A DNA stretch of 62,550 nt, filler included, from Nemertoderma westbladi (taxonomy: Eukaryota; Animalia; Xenacoelomorpha), in the NCBI GenBank assembly GCA_032718475.1. It is 4 parts of 4 records of this genome, joined end to end, with 100 filler letters (N's around TTAATTAATTAA, not from the genome) between each part and the next. Parts side by side here need not be neighbours in the genome. Positions count along the whole stretch, not along the records: positions 1 to 23,932 come from JAUCBJ010002586.1; 3 more parts are not named here. One strand, given 5' to 3'. The position numbers were made by a program, and so were the translations under genes. The notes below the pieces were generated by a model. It made no database searches and was not told the DNA's origin. It saw only the letters and a program-made list of their open reading frames with translations. Of the stretch, positions 11,401-22,773 are shown in pieces (positions within the stretch are counted from its first letter, which is position 1; each line of letters opens with the position of its first letter).

Positions 11401-13756
11401 AATCCTAAAAGGTACAACGACAGATCTTAAAAGGTACGACAGATCCTATAAGGTACAACTAATCCTAAAAGGTACGGCGACAGATCCTAAAAGGTACGAC
11501 ACATCCTAAAAATAGGTATGACAAATCCTAAACCGTACGACAGATCCTAGATCCTAAAACGCACGAACTAAGAGAAAAAAATGCAGGACCGACCCTAAAA
11601 GGTACGACAGATCCGAAATGAAAGGTACGACAGATCCTAAAAAGGTACGACTCAGCCTCAAAAAAAAGTACGACTGAGCCTCAAAAAAGGTACGGCTGAT
11701 CCCAAAAGGCACGGCAGATCCTAAAAAAACGTACGACAGATCTTAAAAAGAACGGCAGATCCTAAAAGGTACGGAAGATACTAAAAGGTACCACAGATCC
11801 AAAAAAGGTACCTACGACAGATCCTAAAAGTTAATCATGACATCACATTAGAGAAGTTTTGATTCGGGGGAGCATCAAATTGATACTATTTAAAGTGTGA
11901 CTAAAACGTCACAACATACGCCTTATAATATTCATGAATGATGACGTCACGAGACCCACTTTACTGTCTGTGCCATTGATGACGTCACTAGACCCACCTT
12001 ACTGTCTGTGCCAATGATGACATGGCATTCCTCGCACGTGTTGGCGAATATATCCTCGTAACAGCGGACGCAGTAGGGGTGGTCCTCTCGGAGGATGTAA
12101 CGGTGTCCCACCAGCGTCTTGTCGCAGTTCCAACACGCGAAATGACTGCCTGAGCCGCCGCCGCCGCCGCTTGTTGTCTTGACGACGGTGCGTTCGGTGC
12201 GTTGGCCCCCGCCTCCGAAGCTAACGGCACGAGAGGACAGCTCCCTCCAGTTCTTGCTGCGCACAAAATTCTATAGAATATAAACGAAATTAAACAGTAA
12301 TTTATATATTCCTATGAATTAAGAAACAATATGTAAATATAACTGTCACTCTACTAGCTTTACCACCCAGAGAAAGGCTTGCTTCCTGATTCAATGACGA
12401 AATCTACCATATGTTGTGGGGCGATGGGTTACAATGTTTGAACGTGGTCGGTCGGTCGGTCGGTCGGTCGGTCGGTCGGTCGGTCGGTCGGTCGGTCGGT
12501 CGGTCGGTCGGTCGGTCGGTCGGTCGGTCGGTCGGTCGGTCGGTCGGTCGGTCGGTCGGTCGGTCGGTCGGTCGGTCGGTCGGTCGGTCGGTCGGTCGGT
12601 CGGTCGGTCGGTCGGTCGGTCGGTCGGTCGGTCGGTCGGTCGGTCGGTCGGTCGGTCGGTCGGTCGGTCGGTCGGTCGGTCGGTCGGTCGGTCGGTCGGT
12701 CGGTCGGTCGGTCGGTCGGTCGGTCGGTCGGTCGGTCGGTCGGTCGGTCGGTCGGTCGGTCGGTCGGTCGGTCGGTCGGTCGGTCGGTCGGTCGGTCGGT
12801 CGGTCGGTCGGTCGGTCGGTCGGTCGGTCGGTCGGTCGGTCGGTCGGTCGGTCGGTCGGTCGGTCGGTCGGTCGGTCGGTCGGTCGGTCGGTCGGTCGGT
12901 CGGTCGGTCGGTCGGTCGGTCGGTCGGTCGGTCGGTCGGTCGGTCGGTCGGTCTTACAGACCGATACTTACGTCGTTTTGTTGGAAGAATGCCTGGTCCA
13001 CGTTAAAGAATTCCGCTAACTCCATGATGGATATCCTCCCGTCGTTGTTTGTATCGTAAACGCGAAGCAACAGCTGCACCATGTCATCGATATCGCGTTG
13101 TCCGGCGTTGGGGTTCTTGGCCCTGACTGTGTCCCGGCATAGCTCCTAAACAATAGAACAACAATTTTCTCTATAGGCACGCGGTCCACCCTCATGGTTG
13201 CTATACAAAATAATATTTTATGATTCGTTTGGTATACAAAAAATAAATAATATTACATTCACTAATTCAAAAAGTAAGAAAATATTATCCAAATGGCAAA
13301 AATAAACTAAAATAGACCAGTAAATTAATGTTATTATACCTGGTATAAAAAGTAATGCATTATTCCACATAAAGTAATATATTATTCAGACATCTGGTAT
13401 AAAAAACAAAACATTATTCCACCTGATGCAGAACGTAGATTATTCTGACACCTGGTATAAAAAGTAATACATTATTCTACCTGGTATAAAAAGTAAGATA
13501 TCATTCCACCTGGTATAAAAAGTAATACATTATTCTACCTGGTATAAAAAGTAAGATATCATTCCACCTGGTATAAAAAGTAATACATTATGAAACTAAC
13601 CCGCAACTCGCGCGCGGCAACGTGACCGCTGAAGTTAGTGTCGTAACGGCCCCACAGGGAGAAGAAATCTCCAACACCCACGTTATAGGTGCTGCGCTGA
13701 CCGTGTTGGAGGGGGGACCCGGTCCCAGAGTGGGTGGAGTAGCTGTGTCGAGACAT
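2273..13756 (-). CDS. FHL: EF-hand pair + four-and-a-half LIM domain protein (FHL/Limpet family); join complement(2273..2427,2647..2833,10482..10651,11168..11342,11998..12270,12972..13145,13601..13756), 429 aa
   Basis: All six introns are GT-AG and the phases are compatible (0,0,0,1,0,1). The spliced product has a half LIM plus four LIM domains and ends GTKFITFEDKHWHNECF...LVGRGFITEGEEILCPDC, as in FHL2/Limpet. Confidence 0.88.
2548..2672 (-). repeat. Four tandem copies (steps of 33/31/31 bp) of the exon-6 end plus its splice donor
   Basis: gattgtggtcaaccaatcacag|gtaag is repeated; donor-equivalent positions are 2646, 2613, 2582 (GC) and 2551. Confidence 0.9.
2647..2833 (-). CDS. Coding exon 6: LIM3 and start of LIM4
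   Basis: ctacag|GTG acceptor and G|gtaggt donor; encodes VITSGGVTYRGEPFHRECFTC...FCADCFGKLFAKKCTDCGQPIT. Confidence 0.93.
3025..10496 (-). repeat. 21-bp minisatellite (ACTAAGTGCAGTAAG GTAAGA)n, about 235 copies, derived from the exon-5 donor junction and split by an RTE insertion
   Basis: The array is continuous with the exon-5 3' end (...ACTAAGTGCAGCAAG|GTAAGA). It lies in two blocks, 3025-3809 and 6328-10496. Confidence 0.97.
3810..6327 (+). mobile_element. 5'-truncated RTE-clade LINE (partial APE endonuclease + RT), two premature stops
   Basis: The motifs AGDLNAQIG, QLDYIL, GSDH, NYRGI, QNGFR, DFKKAFDS, GVLQGD and DFADD all lie in one frame, with stops at 4273 and 5740. There is a (TAG)4 tail and a 9-bp TSD TATTGCACT at 3801-3809 and 6328-6336. 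Confidence 0.95.
10482..10651 (-). CDS. Coding exon 5: LIM2 and first CxxC of LIM3
   Basis: caacag|GA acceptor and AAG|gtaaga donor; encodes YHEECFTCFVC...PYCTTCYEDRFATRCTKCSK. Confidence 0.93.
11168..11342 (-). CDS. Coding exon 4: LIM1 and start of LIM2
   Basis: ttttag|GAT acceptor and G|gtgagt donor; encodes DLSYKDKHWHERCFSCSSC...YCADCHDEHFASRCDSC. Confidence 0.93.
11335..11835 (-). repeat. Degenerate 19-23 bp tandem array (about 20+ copies) of the exon-4 acceptor junction
   Basis: The unit CTTTTAG|GATCTGTCGTAC matches the true junction TTTTAG|GATCTTTCGTAC. Confidence 0.88.
11938..12020 (-). repeat. 38-bp duplication of the exon-3 end plus donor
   Basis: tggcacagacagtaa(g/a)|gtgggtct(a/c)gtgacgtcatc occurs twice. 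Confidence 0.88.
11998..12270 (-). CDS. Coding exon 3: Gly-rich linker, half LIM and start of LIM1
   Basis: ctatag|AAT acceptor and AAG|gtgggt donor; encodes HFACWNCDKTLVGHRYILREDHPYCVRCYEDIFANTCEEC. Confidence 0.92.
12446..12953. repeat. Perfect (GGTC)n microsatellite, about 127 units
   Basis: Uninterrupted ggtc run in intron 2. Confidence 0.99.
12972..13145 (-). CDS. Coding exon 2: canonical EF-hand (YDTNNDGRISIMELAEFF)
   Basis: tttag|GAG acceptor and GAC|gtaagt donor; 174 nt open; 12-residue EF loop D-x-N-x-D-G-x-I-x-x-x-E. Confidence 0.85.
13330..13592 (-). repeat. About 29-bp tandem repeat (about 8 copies) containing TTTTTATACCAG|GT
   Basis: Recurrent acattattc(c/t)acctggtataaaaagtaa on the + strand, starting just inside intron 1. 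Confidence 0.85.
13601..13756 (-). CDS. Coding exon 1: ATG plus first, degenerate EF-hand (DFFSLWGRYDTNFSGHVAARELR)
   Basis: ATG at 13756 and donor CGG|GTTAGT at 13600. An acceptor-like ttcccctag ends at 13767, which suggests a further upstream exon, probably UTR. Confidence 0.75.
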
Positions 13757-16079
13757 CGTGAGATAACTAGGGGAACAATGGCGACGTAATGAAAGTTAAA
13801 AAAGAGACGTAATGAAAGCAACGGTAATGGGATATTATTAATTATTAGTAGAGGGCATCAAATAAAAGTAAACAATATTGACGATTGGATATTTACATAA
13901 ACTAAAAACTACCTATCTCCACATACATAAATAAATAAAATACATATAATACCTAATTAAGCGTTATATTTATTAGTAAATTATGGCTATTTAAAATATT
14001 TACTTACCAGAATTATAATAATTGTTATAACAGGTCAATCAATAATAATAGTAACAGCGTGAGTTGGTTAAGATTTTGGGTGTGGCGTTCCTAGCATTCC
14101 CGTAACTTATTATATAGCCAAACCACGTGAGTTTATACCGGTAGCCAAGCAACGGTCAAGGATAACTCTCTTGGTAGAGATAGTGGAGCCATTATGGGGT
14201 GAGTCTAAGTATGCGGGGGGTTTTGGCAATAATACGAGTTTGAGTAAGCTTATCCTTAATAATTGATTGTATTCGTGTGCAAGTAAGTATTGCGTACAAA
14301 CTAATGACATTTTTTTGGCATAAACAATTATCAAAACTTGCATGTGACATGTTCTCTACAGTAGCAATAATAGTTATATACCAATGCAGTTCGCCGACTA
14401 AGAGGTAAAACACAAAAGGATGTCAATTAGGGGCTGAAATAATTCTAACAAACTAAATAACCATAAATAACTAAAGAATAATAGCGTATTAGTTAGTTGT
14501 GGGGCGAGACACGCAGTAAAGGTAGCGCACAATTATAATTAGTTAATAGCGCAAAATTTAATGTCTGTATGTAATGAAAAATTCAATCGTAAATAACTTT
14601 TGAAGATTTTAACCATTTTCAACCAAAATATTAAAAAATATAAATATATACAATATAAAATATTTTTGAAAGTTACGGGCAAATACCTCTCAAACTTTTG
14701 ACTCCAGATCAAATCGAACTTGTTTCGACTTGCTCAAGTTCGCGTGCTGCGCGACGCCCCACGAACGTGTATTTATCAATAAATGCAGGAAACAAGTCAA
14801 CCCAATTTCTGAACTCTATTAATTAGCACGCTCTGAAAGCTATTTTATATTTTTAAAACTATTCTTTGTGTTCTTATTATGCACGAGTTCAAATTGCTGA
14901 CTATGTATGATATTTGTTTATGAAACTTTCAACAATGTTAAGTTAACATGAAAACATTATAACAATGTTTATTGTAACAAATTAAAATTTTACACAAATA
15001 AAAAATAGAGTAAAGTTTTCTTCGGTCGTAAGCCCAGGGATTACACACAAAGTTATATTGTAGTTCCGGGAGCCTTCAAGTGACAAAAAAGTAATCACTT
15101 GAGGTTACTTATACACTGAATTAAGGGAAAGGCCCATGTTTGAGTGGCATGTTATTCTGACCAAAATAATAAACGTGAGTCCAAAGCACAGGTTACAGTT
15201 TCATGATTTTACACTCATAATCAGTTGATATTTAAGTAGATTTTCCCTGGAGGGTGGGAGAGGGGGGTTCAGGAGTCACTTTCAGTCTGTAATATTGTCT
15301 GGATTGGAAACCCAGATGTCCGAAGCGACCAGATATACAAGAGGAGTATCCGAAGGATCCATTCCGCCGCATTCAAACCCAAGCACAGTTTATTTGGCTA
15401 CCAAAAGAAAGGCGACGATTTATTCGACTAACACTTAACAATCACTCATTTAGGAGGGCGGTACTGTTAGTACATACACGATAATTAATAGCCGAATAAA
15501 GTAAAACCACATTCCACGGTATTTGCCAGCATATAACAATACGGTACCGGGAAATTACTAATGGGAAACAGGTTGTGGTAGCCAAATTAGCGACACCAAA
15601 TAGTTTGTTTGATTGTTGTAAGTTAAGTATATTCGATATAGAAAGTTATAAAGCGAACAATGGCTATAGAATGCATTGTAGTGTACAACCCGTTCACTGG
15701 GTCTTGAGAACATAAAATCTATGTATGGGAGTAATGTATCAATACTTGTTGCAAAGTAATTTCACAGTGTTCCGATCCTCGTTTCTGTATTTTAACTCGC
15801 TAGGTTCGTTCTTGCTGCACACCTCTCGGATACTGCACAGTGTGAAGCGTTACTTTACACATTCAAGTATGTAAATATTTGATACTGGCAAATTAAGATT
15901 TCGGCATAAAGTGTTAAGAATGTTGGTAATGTAAATATGTAAAGTGTGCCATGACGTTGGTGTAAATTGATAGAGAACTAGAAATACAGCAAGCTGGCTG
16001 GAAGAAGCCTGGGGGAAGAATCCTAGCCAAGACTACAAAAATGAACTATGTCAGTCAGCAGTAAGTAAACTAAACAATC

Positions 16080-17190
16080 GGATCTAGGACACTTCCCCCC
16101 GCCCAAGTAGGACTCTTCCCTCCCGGACACTTCCCCCCCGGACACTTCCCCCCCGGACACTCCCCCCCCCCCCCAGTTAAAGTGTTAAAATTAATCTGGG
16201 TGCATCAAAGCAATAAACAAAAGTTTAACATGGTTACAGGACAAGTTGTATCTAGTCAAGTTTTTTCAAAATTATAAAAGAAACATTGTTATAGTCAAAT
16301 TTTGTTTGTGTTTCTTTAAATTGGGAGCTGCCGCCCCCAAACCCCCGCTTCTTTGGTTGGGGGCTGCGCCCCCAAACCCCCGCTTCTTTGGTTGGGGGCT
16401 GCGCCCCCAAACCCCCGCTTCTTTGGTTGGGGATCGCCCCCAAATCCCGGCATTCCCTGTGTGCCCGTGGTGAAAAACTTTGAGACCATTTTAAATAATT
16501 AATTCACGTTTGTATCATCAGATAAACAATTGACTAACAAAGCCTAAAGTAGGAGCTGTATTGAATGTTAACCAAATTAATATATAAATCACTACAATAT
16601 TATATAATTCCACAAAATCCTATTAAAAATATTGCAAGTAACCAGGAAATTTAATATGTAGTGTGTATAATATCTATATAGTATGTATAGTAGTAATATG
16701 TATATCAATATGTAATGCTGAACACAGAATACAGGTCGACGCATGTCGATTTTACCCTGGAGAGGTATAATTTTGATTGGAACAATAATATTCATCCCCA
16801 TCTGCTACAATTTGAAGAAGACTATATTAGATAATAATACATATAATTAAAACAATTAATTATTATAATTCTATAGTTAATAAAAACTGTATATCATTCG
16901 GGGGATAGAATTTATAGGTCATCTAATTAATTGTTAAAAATTAGCAAACAATACGGTGTAATTGCATTGATAAAACCCATAAATAAAACTTGGATATAAA
17001 ATGTAAAATCAGGATGCAAAAGATCACTTTCTGAGCTAAGAAAGGAAAATTGGATACAACTTGTCTGGATACAAGCGGTCCGTTTACCTTACAAAATGAA
17101 AATAAGAATGTGTGAAGTTAAGATCAGTCGGGGTGGGGGGGGGGGGGGGTGTCCGGGGGGGAAGTGTCCGGGGGGGAGTGTCCGTACAGC
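16080..17190 (+). mobile_element. Non-autonomous DNA transposon with GG-type terminus and 8-bp TSD (Merlin/MULE-like), copy 1
   Basis: Subterminal GGACACTTCCCC repeats are inverted at the two ends; flanks are AAACAATC and AAACAATT. An inverted homolog lies at 30024-31160. Confidence 0.8.
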
Positions 17191-17287
17191 AAACAATTGT
17201 CTAAACTGTAAGGCGTGAGGCTAGCTAACTTTGTGGCTCGTCCCAGTCCCACATAATTTGATAAAATTTGGCATTTAAAACGAGCCA

Positions 17288-20200
17288 TTATATCATTATG
17301 ACCGCGCCCTATAATGATTTATCCGGCCTGTAATGCTTAACATTTCATTATAAATTCATTGTAAATATATCATTATGACCGCGCCCTGTAATGATTTGTC
17401 CCGCCTGTAATGCTTAACATTTCATTATAAATTCATTGCAAATATATCATTATGACCGCGCCCTGTAATGATTTGTCCGGCCTGTAATGCTTAACATTTC
17501 ATTATAAATTCATTGTAAATATATCATTATGACCGCGCCCTATAATGATTTGTCCGGCCTGTAATGCTTAACATTTCATTATAAATTCATTGTAAATATA
17601 TCATTATGACCGCGCCCTATAATGATTTGTCCGGCCTGTAATGCTTAACATTTCATTATAAATTCATTGTAAATATATCATTATGACCGCGCCCTATAAT
17701 GATTTGTCCGGCCTGTAATGCTTAACATTTCATTATAAATTCATTGTAAATATATCATTATGACCGCGCCCTGTAATGATTTGTCCGGCTTGTAATGCTT
17801 AACATTTCATTATAAATTCATTGTAAATATATCATTATGACCGCGCCCTATAATGATTTGTCCGGCTTGTAATGCTTAACATTTCATTATAAATTCATTG
17901 TAAATATATCATTATGACCGCGCCCTATAATGATTTGTCCGGCCTGTAATGCTTAACATTTCATTATAAATTCATTGTAAATATATCATTATGACCGCGC
18001 CCTATAATGATTTGTCCGGCTTGTAATGCTTAACATTTCATTATAAATTCATTGTAAATATATCATTATGACCGCGCCCTGTAATGATTTGTCCGGCCTG
18101 TAATGCTTAACATTTCATTATAAATTCATTGTAAATATATCATTATGACCGCGCCCTATAATGATTTGTCCGGCTTGTAATGCTTAACATTTCATTATAA
18201 ATTCATTGTAAATATATCATTATGACCGCGCCCTATAATGATTTGTCCGGCCTGTAATGCTTAACATTTCATTATAAATTCATTGTAAATATATCATTAT
18301 GACCGCGCCCTGTAATGATTTGTCCGGCTTGTAATGCTTAACATTTCATTATAAATTCATTGTAAATATATCATTATGACCGCGCCCTATAATGATTTGT
18401 CCGGCTTGTAATGCTTAACATTTCATTATAAATTCATTGTAAATATATCATTATGACCGCGCCCTATAATGATTTGTCCGGCTTGTAATGCTTAACATTT
18501 CATTATAAATTCATTGTAAATATATCATTATGACCGCGCCCTATAATGATTTGTCCGGCTTGTAATGCTTAACATTTCATTATAAATTCATTGTAAATAT
18601 ATCATTATGACCGCGCCCTGTAATGATTTGTCCGGCCTGTAATGCTTAACATTTCATTATAAATTCATTGTAAATATATCATTATGACCGCGCCCTATAA
18701 TGATTTGTCCGGCTTGTAATGCTTAACATTTCATTATAAATTCATTGTAAATATATCATTATGACCGCGCCCTATAATGATTTGTCCGGCTTGTAATGCT
18801 TAACATTTCATTATAAATTCATTGTAAATATATCATTATGACCGCGCCCTGTAATGATTTGTCCGGCTTGTAATGCTTAACATTTCATTATAAATTCATT
18901 GTAAATATATCATTATGACCGCGCCCTGTAATGATTTGTCCGGCCTGTAATGCTTAACATTTCATTATAAATTCATTGTAAATATATCATTATGACCGCG
19001 CCCTATAATGATTTGTCCGGCTTGTAATGCTTAACATTTCATTATAAATTCATTGTAAATATATCATTATGACCGCGCCCTATAATGATTTGTCCGGCCT
19101 GTAATGCTTAACATTTCATTATAAATTCATTGTAAATATATCATTATGACCGCGCCCTGTAATGATTTGTCCGGCCTGTAATGCTTAACATTTCATTATA
19201 AATTCATTGTAAATATATCATTATGACCGCGCCCTATAATGATTTGTCCGGCCTGTAATGCTTAACATTTCATTATAAATTCATTGTAAATATATCATTA
19301 TGACCGCGCCCTATAATGATTTGTCCGGCCTGTAATGCTTAACATTTCATTATAAATTCATTGTAAATATATCATTATGACCGCGCCCTATAATGATTTG
19401 TCCGGCTTGTAATGCTTAACATTTCATTATAAATTCATTGTAAATATATCATTATGACCGCGCCCTGTAATGATTTGTCCGGCCTGTAATGCTTAACATT
19501 TCATTATAAATTCATTGAATGCATGATTGAATGTATTGCTTAACATTTCATTATAAATTCATTGTAAATATATCATTATGACCGCGCCCTATAATGATTT
19601 GTCCGGCTTGTAATGCTTAACATTTCATTATAAATTCATTGTAAATATATCATTATGACCGCGCCCTATAATGATTTGTCCGGCTTGTAATGCTTAACAT
19701 TTCATTATAAATTCATTGTAAATATATCATTATGACCGCGCCCTGTAATGATTTGTCCGGCCTGTAATGCTTAACATTTCATTATAAATTCATTGTAAAT
19801 ATATCATTATGACCGCGCCCTATAATGATTTGTCCGGCTTGTAATGCTTAACATTTCATTATAAATTCATTGTAAATATATCATTATGACCGCGCCCTGT
19901 AATGATTTGTCCGGCCTGTAATGCTTAACATTTCATTATAAATTCATTGTAAATATATCATTATGACCGCGCCCTATAATGATTTGTCCGGCTTGTAATG
20001 CTTAACATTTCATTATAAATTCATTGTAAATATATCATTATGACCGCGCCCTATAATGATTTGTCCGGCCTGTAATGCTTAACATTTCATTATAAATTCA
20101 TTGTAAATATATCATTATGACCGCGCCCTGTAATGATTTGTCCGGCCTGTAATGCTTAACATTTCATTATAAATTCATTGTAAATATATCATTATGACCG

Positions 20201-22773
20201 CGCCCTGTAATGATTTGTCCGGCTTGTAATGCTTAACATTTCATTATAAATTCATTGTAAATATATCATTATGACCGCGCCCTGTAATGATTTGTCCGGC
20301 TTGTAATGCTTAACATTTCATTATAAATTCATTGTAAATATATCATTATGACCGCGCCCTATAATGATTTGTCCGGCTTGTAATGCTTAACATTTCATTA
20401 TAAATTCATTGTAAATATATCATTATGACCGCGCCCTATAATGATTTGTCCGGCTTGTAATGCTTAACATTTCATTATAAATTCATTGTAAATATATCAT
20501 TATGACCGCGCCCTGTAATGATTTGTCCGGCCTGCAATGCTTAACATTTCATTATAAATTCATTGTAAATATATCATTATGACCGCGCCCTATAATGATT
20601 TGTCCGGCTTGTAATGCTTAACATTTCATTATAAATTCATTGTAAATATATCATTATGACCGCGCCCTGTAATGATTTGTCCGACCTGTAATGCTTAACA
20701 TTTCATTACAAATTCATTGTAAATATATCATTATGACCGCGCCCTATAATGATTTGTCCGGCTTGTAATGCTTAACATTTCATTATAAATTCATTGTAAA
20801 TATATCATTATGACCGCGCCCTATAATGATTTGTCCGGCTTGTAATGCTTAACATTTCATTATAAATTCATTGTAAATATATCATTATGACCGCGCCCTA
20901 TAATGATTTGTCCGGCTTGTAATGCTTAACATTTCATTATAAATTCATTGTAAATATATCATTATGACCGAGCCCTATAATGATTTGTCCGGCTTGTAAT
21001 GCTTAACATTTCATTATAAATTCATTGTAAATATATCATTATGACCGCGCCCTGTAATGATTTGTCCGGCCTGTAATGCTTAACATTTCATTATAAATTC
21101 ATTGTAAATATATCATTATGACCGCGCCCTATAATGATTTGTCCGGCTTGTAATGCTTAACATTTCATTATAAATTCATTGTAAATATATCATTATGACC
21201 GCGCCCTGTAATGATTTTTCCGGCCTGTAATGATTAACATTTCATTATAAATTCATTGTAAATATATCATTATGACCGCGCCCTGTAATAATTTGTCCGG
21301 CTTGTAATGCTTAACATTTCATTATAAATTCATTGTAAATATATCATTATGACCGCGCCCTGTAATGATTTGTCCGGCCTGTAATGCTTAACATTTCATT
21401 ATAAATTCATTGTAAATATATCATTATGACCGCGCCCTGTAATGATTTGTCCGGCCTGTAATGCTTAACATTTCATTATAAATTCATTGTAAATATATCA
21501 TTATGACCGCGCCCTATAATGATTTGTCCGGCCTGTAATGCTTAACATTTCATTATAAATTCATTGTAAATATATCATTATGACCGCGCCCTGTAATGAT
21601 TTGTCCGGCCTGTAATGCTTAACATTTCATTATAAATTCATTGTAAATATATCATTATGACCGCGCCCTATAATGATTTGTCCGGCTTGTAATGCTTAAC
21701 ATTTCATTATAAATTCATTGTAAATATATCATTATGACCGCGCCCTGTAATGATTTGTCCGGCCTGTAATGCTTAACATTTCATTATAAATTCATTGTAA
21801 ATATATCATTATGACCGCGCCCTATAATGATTTGTCCGGCTTGTAATGCTTAACATTTCATTATAAATTCATTGTAAATATATCATTATGACCGCGCCCT
21901 GTAATGATTTGTCCGGCCTGTAATGCTTAACATTTCATTATAAATTCATTGTAAATATATCATTATGACCGCGCCCTGTAATGATTTGTCCGGCCTGTAA
22001 TGCTTAACATTTCATTATAAATTCATTGTAAATATATCATTATGACCGCGCCCTATAATGATTTGTCCGGCCTGTAATGCTTAACATTTCATTATAAATT
22101 CATTGTAAATATATCATTATGACCGCGCCCTGTAATGATTTGTCCGGCCTGTAATGCTTAACATTTCATTATAAATTCATTGTAAATATATCATTATGAC
22201 CGCGCCCTATAATGATTTGTCCGGCTTGTAATGCTTAACATTTCATTATAAATTCATTGTAAATATATCATTATGACCGCGCCCTGTAATGATTTGTCCG
22301 GCCTGTAATGCTTAACATTTCATTATAAATTCATTGTAAATATATCATTATGACCGCGCCCTATAATGATTTGTCCGGCTTGTAATGCTTAACATTTCAT
22401 TATAAATTCATTGTAAATATATCATTATGACCGCGCCCTATAATGATTTGTCCGGCCTGTAATGCTTAACATTTCATTATAAATTCATTGTAAATATATC
22501 ATTATGACCGCGCCCTGTAATGATTTGTCCGGCCTGCAATGCTTAACATTTCATTATAAATTCATTGTAAATATATCATTATGACCGCGCCCTGTAATTA
22601 TTTGTCCGGCTTGTAATGCTTAACATTTCATTATAAATTCATTGTAAATATATCATTATGACCGCGCCCTGTAATGATTTGTCCGGCTTGTAATGCTTAA
22701 CATTTCATTATAAATTCATTGTAAATATATCATTATGACCGCGTCCTATAATGATTTGTCCGGCTTGTAATGT
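17288..22773. repeat. 77-bp satellite, about 71 near-identical copies
   Basis: Unit atatatcattatgaccgcgccct(a/g)taatgatttgtccggc(c/t)tgtaatgcttaacatttcattataaattcattgtaa. Confidence 0.98.

Noticed and set aside
12411-13019. (GRSV)n ORFs
   Set aside because: Translation of the (GGTC)n microsatellite.
14680-14770. Candidate first non-coding exon or promoter of the FHL gene
   Set aside because: The CpG-rich patch and weak donor are suggestive but cannot be supported without transcripts.
17288-22773. CRISPR-like regular array
   Set aside because: There are no unique spacers and no cas genes, and the context is eukaryotic. The same applies to the 24-, 30- and 60-bp arrays.
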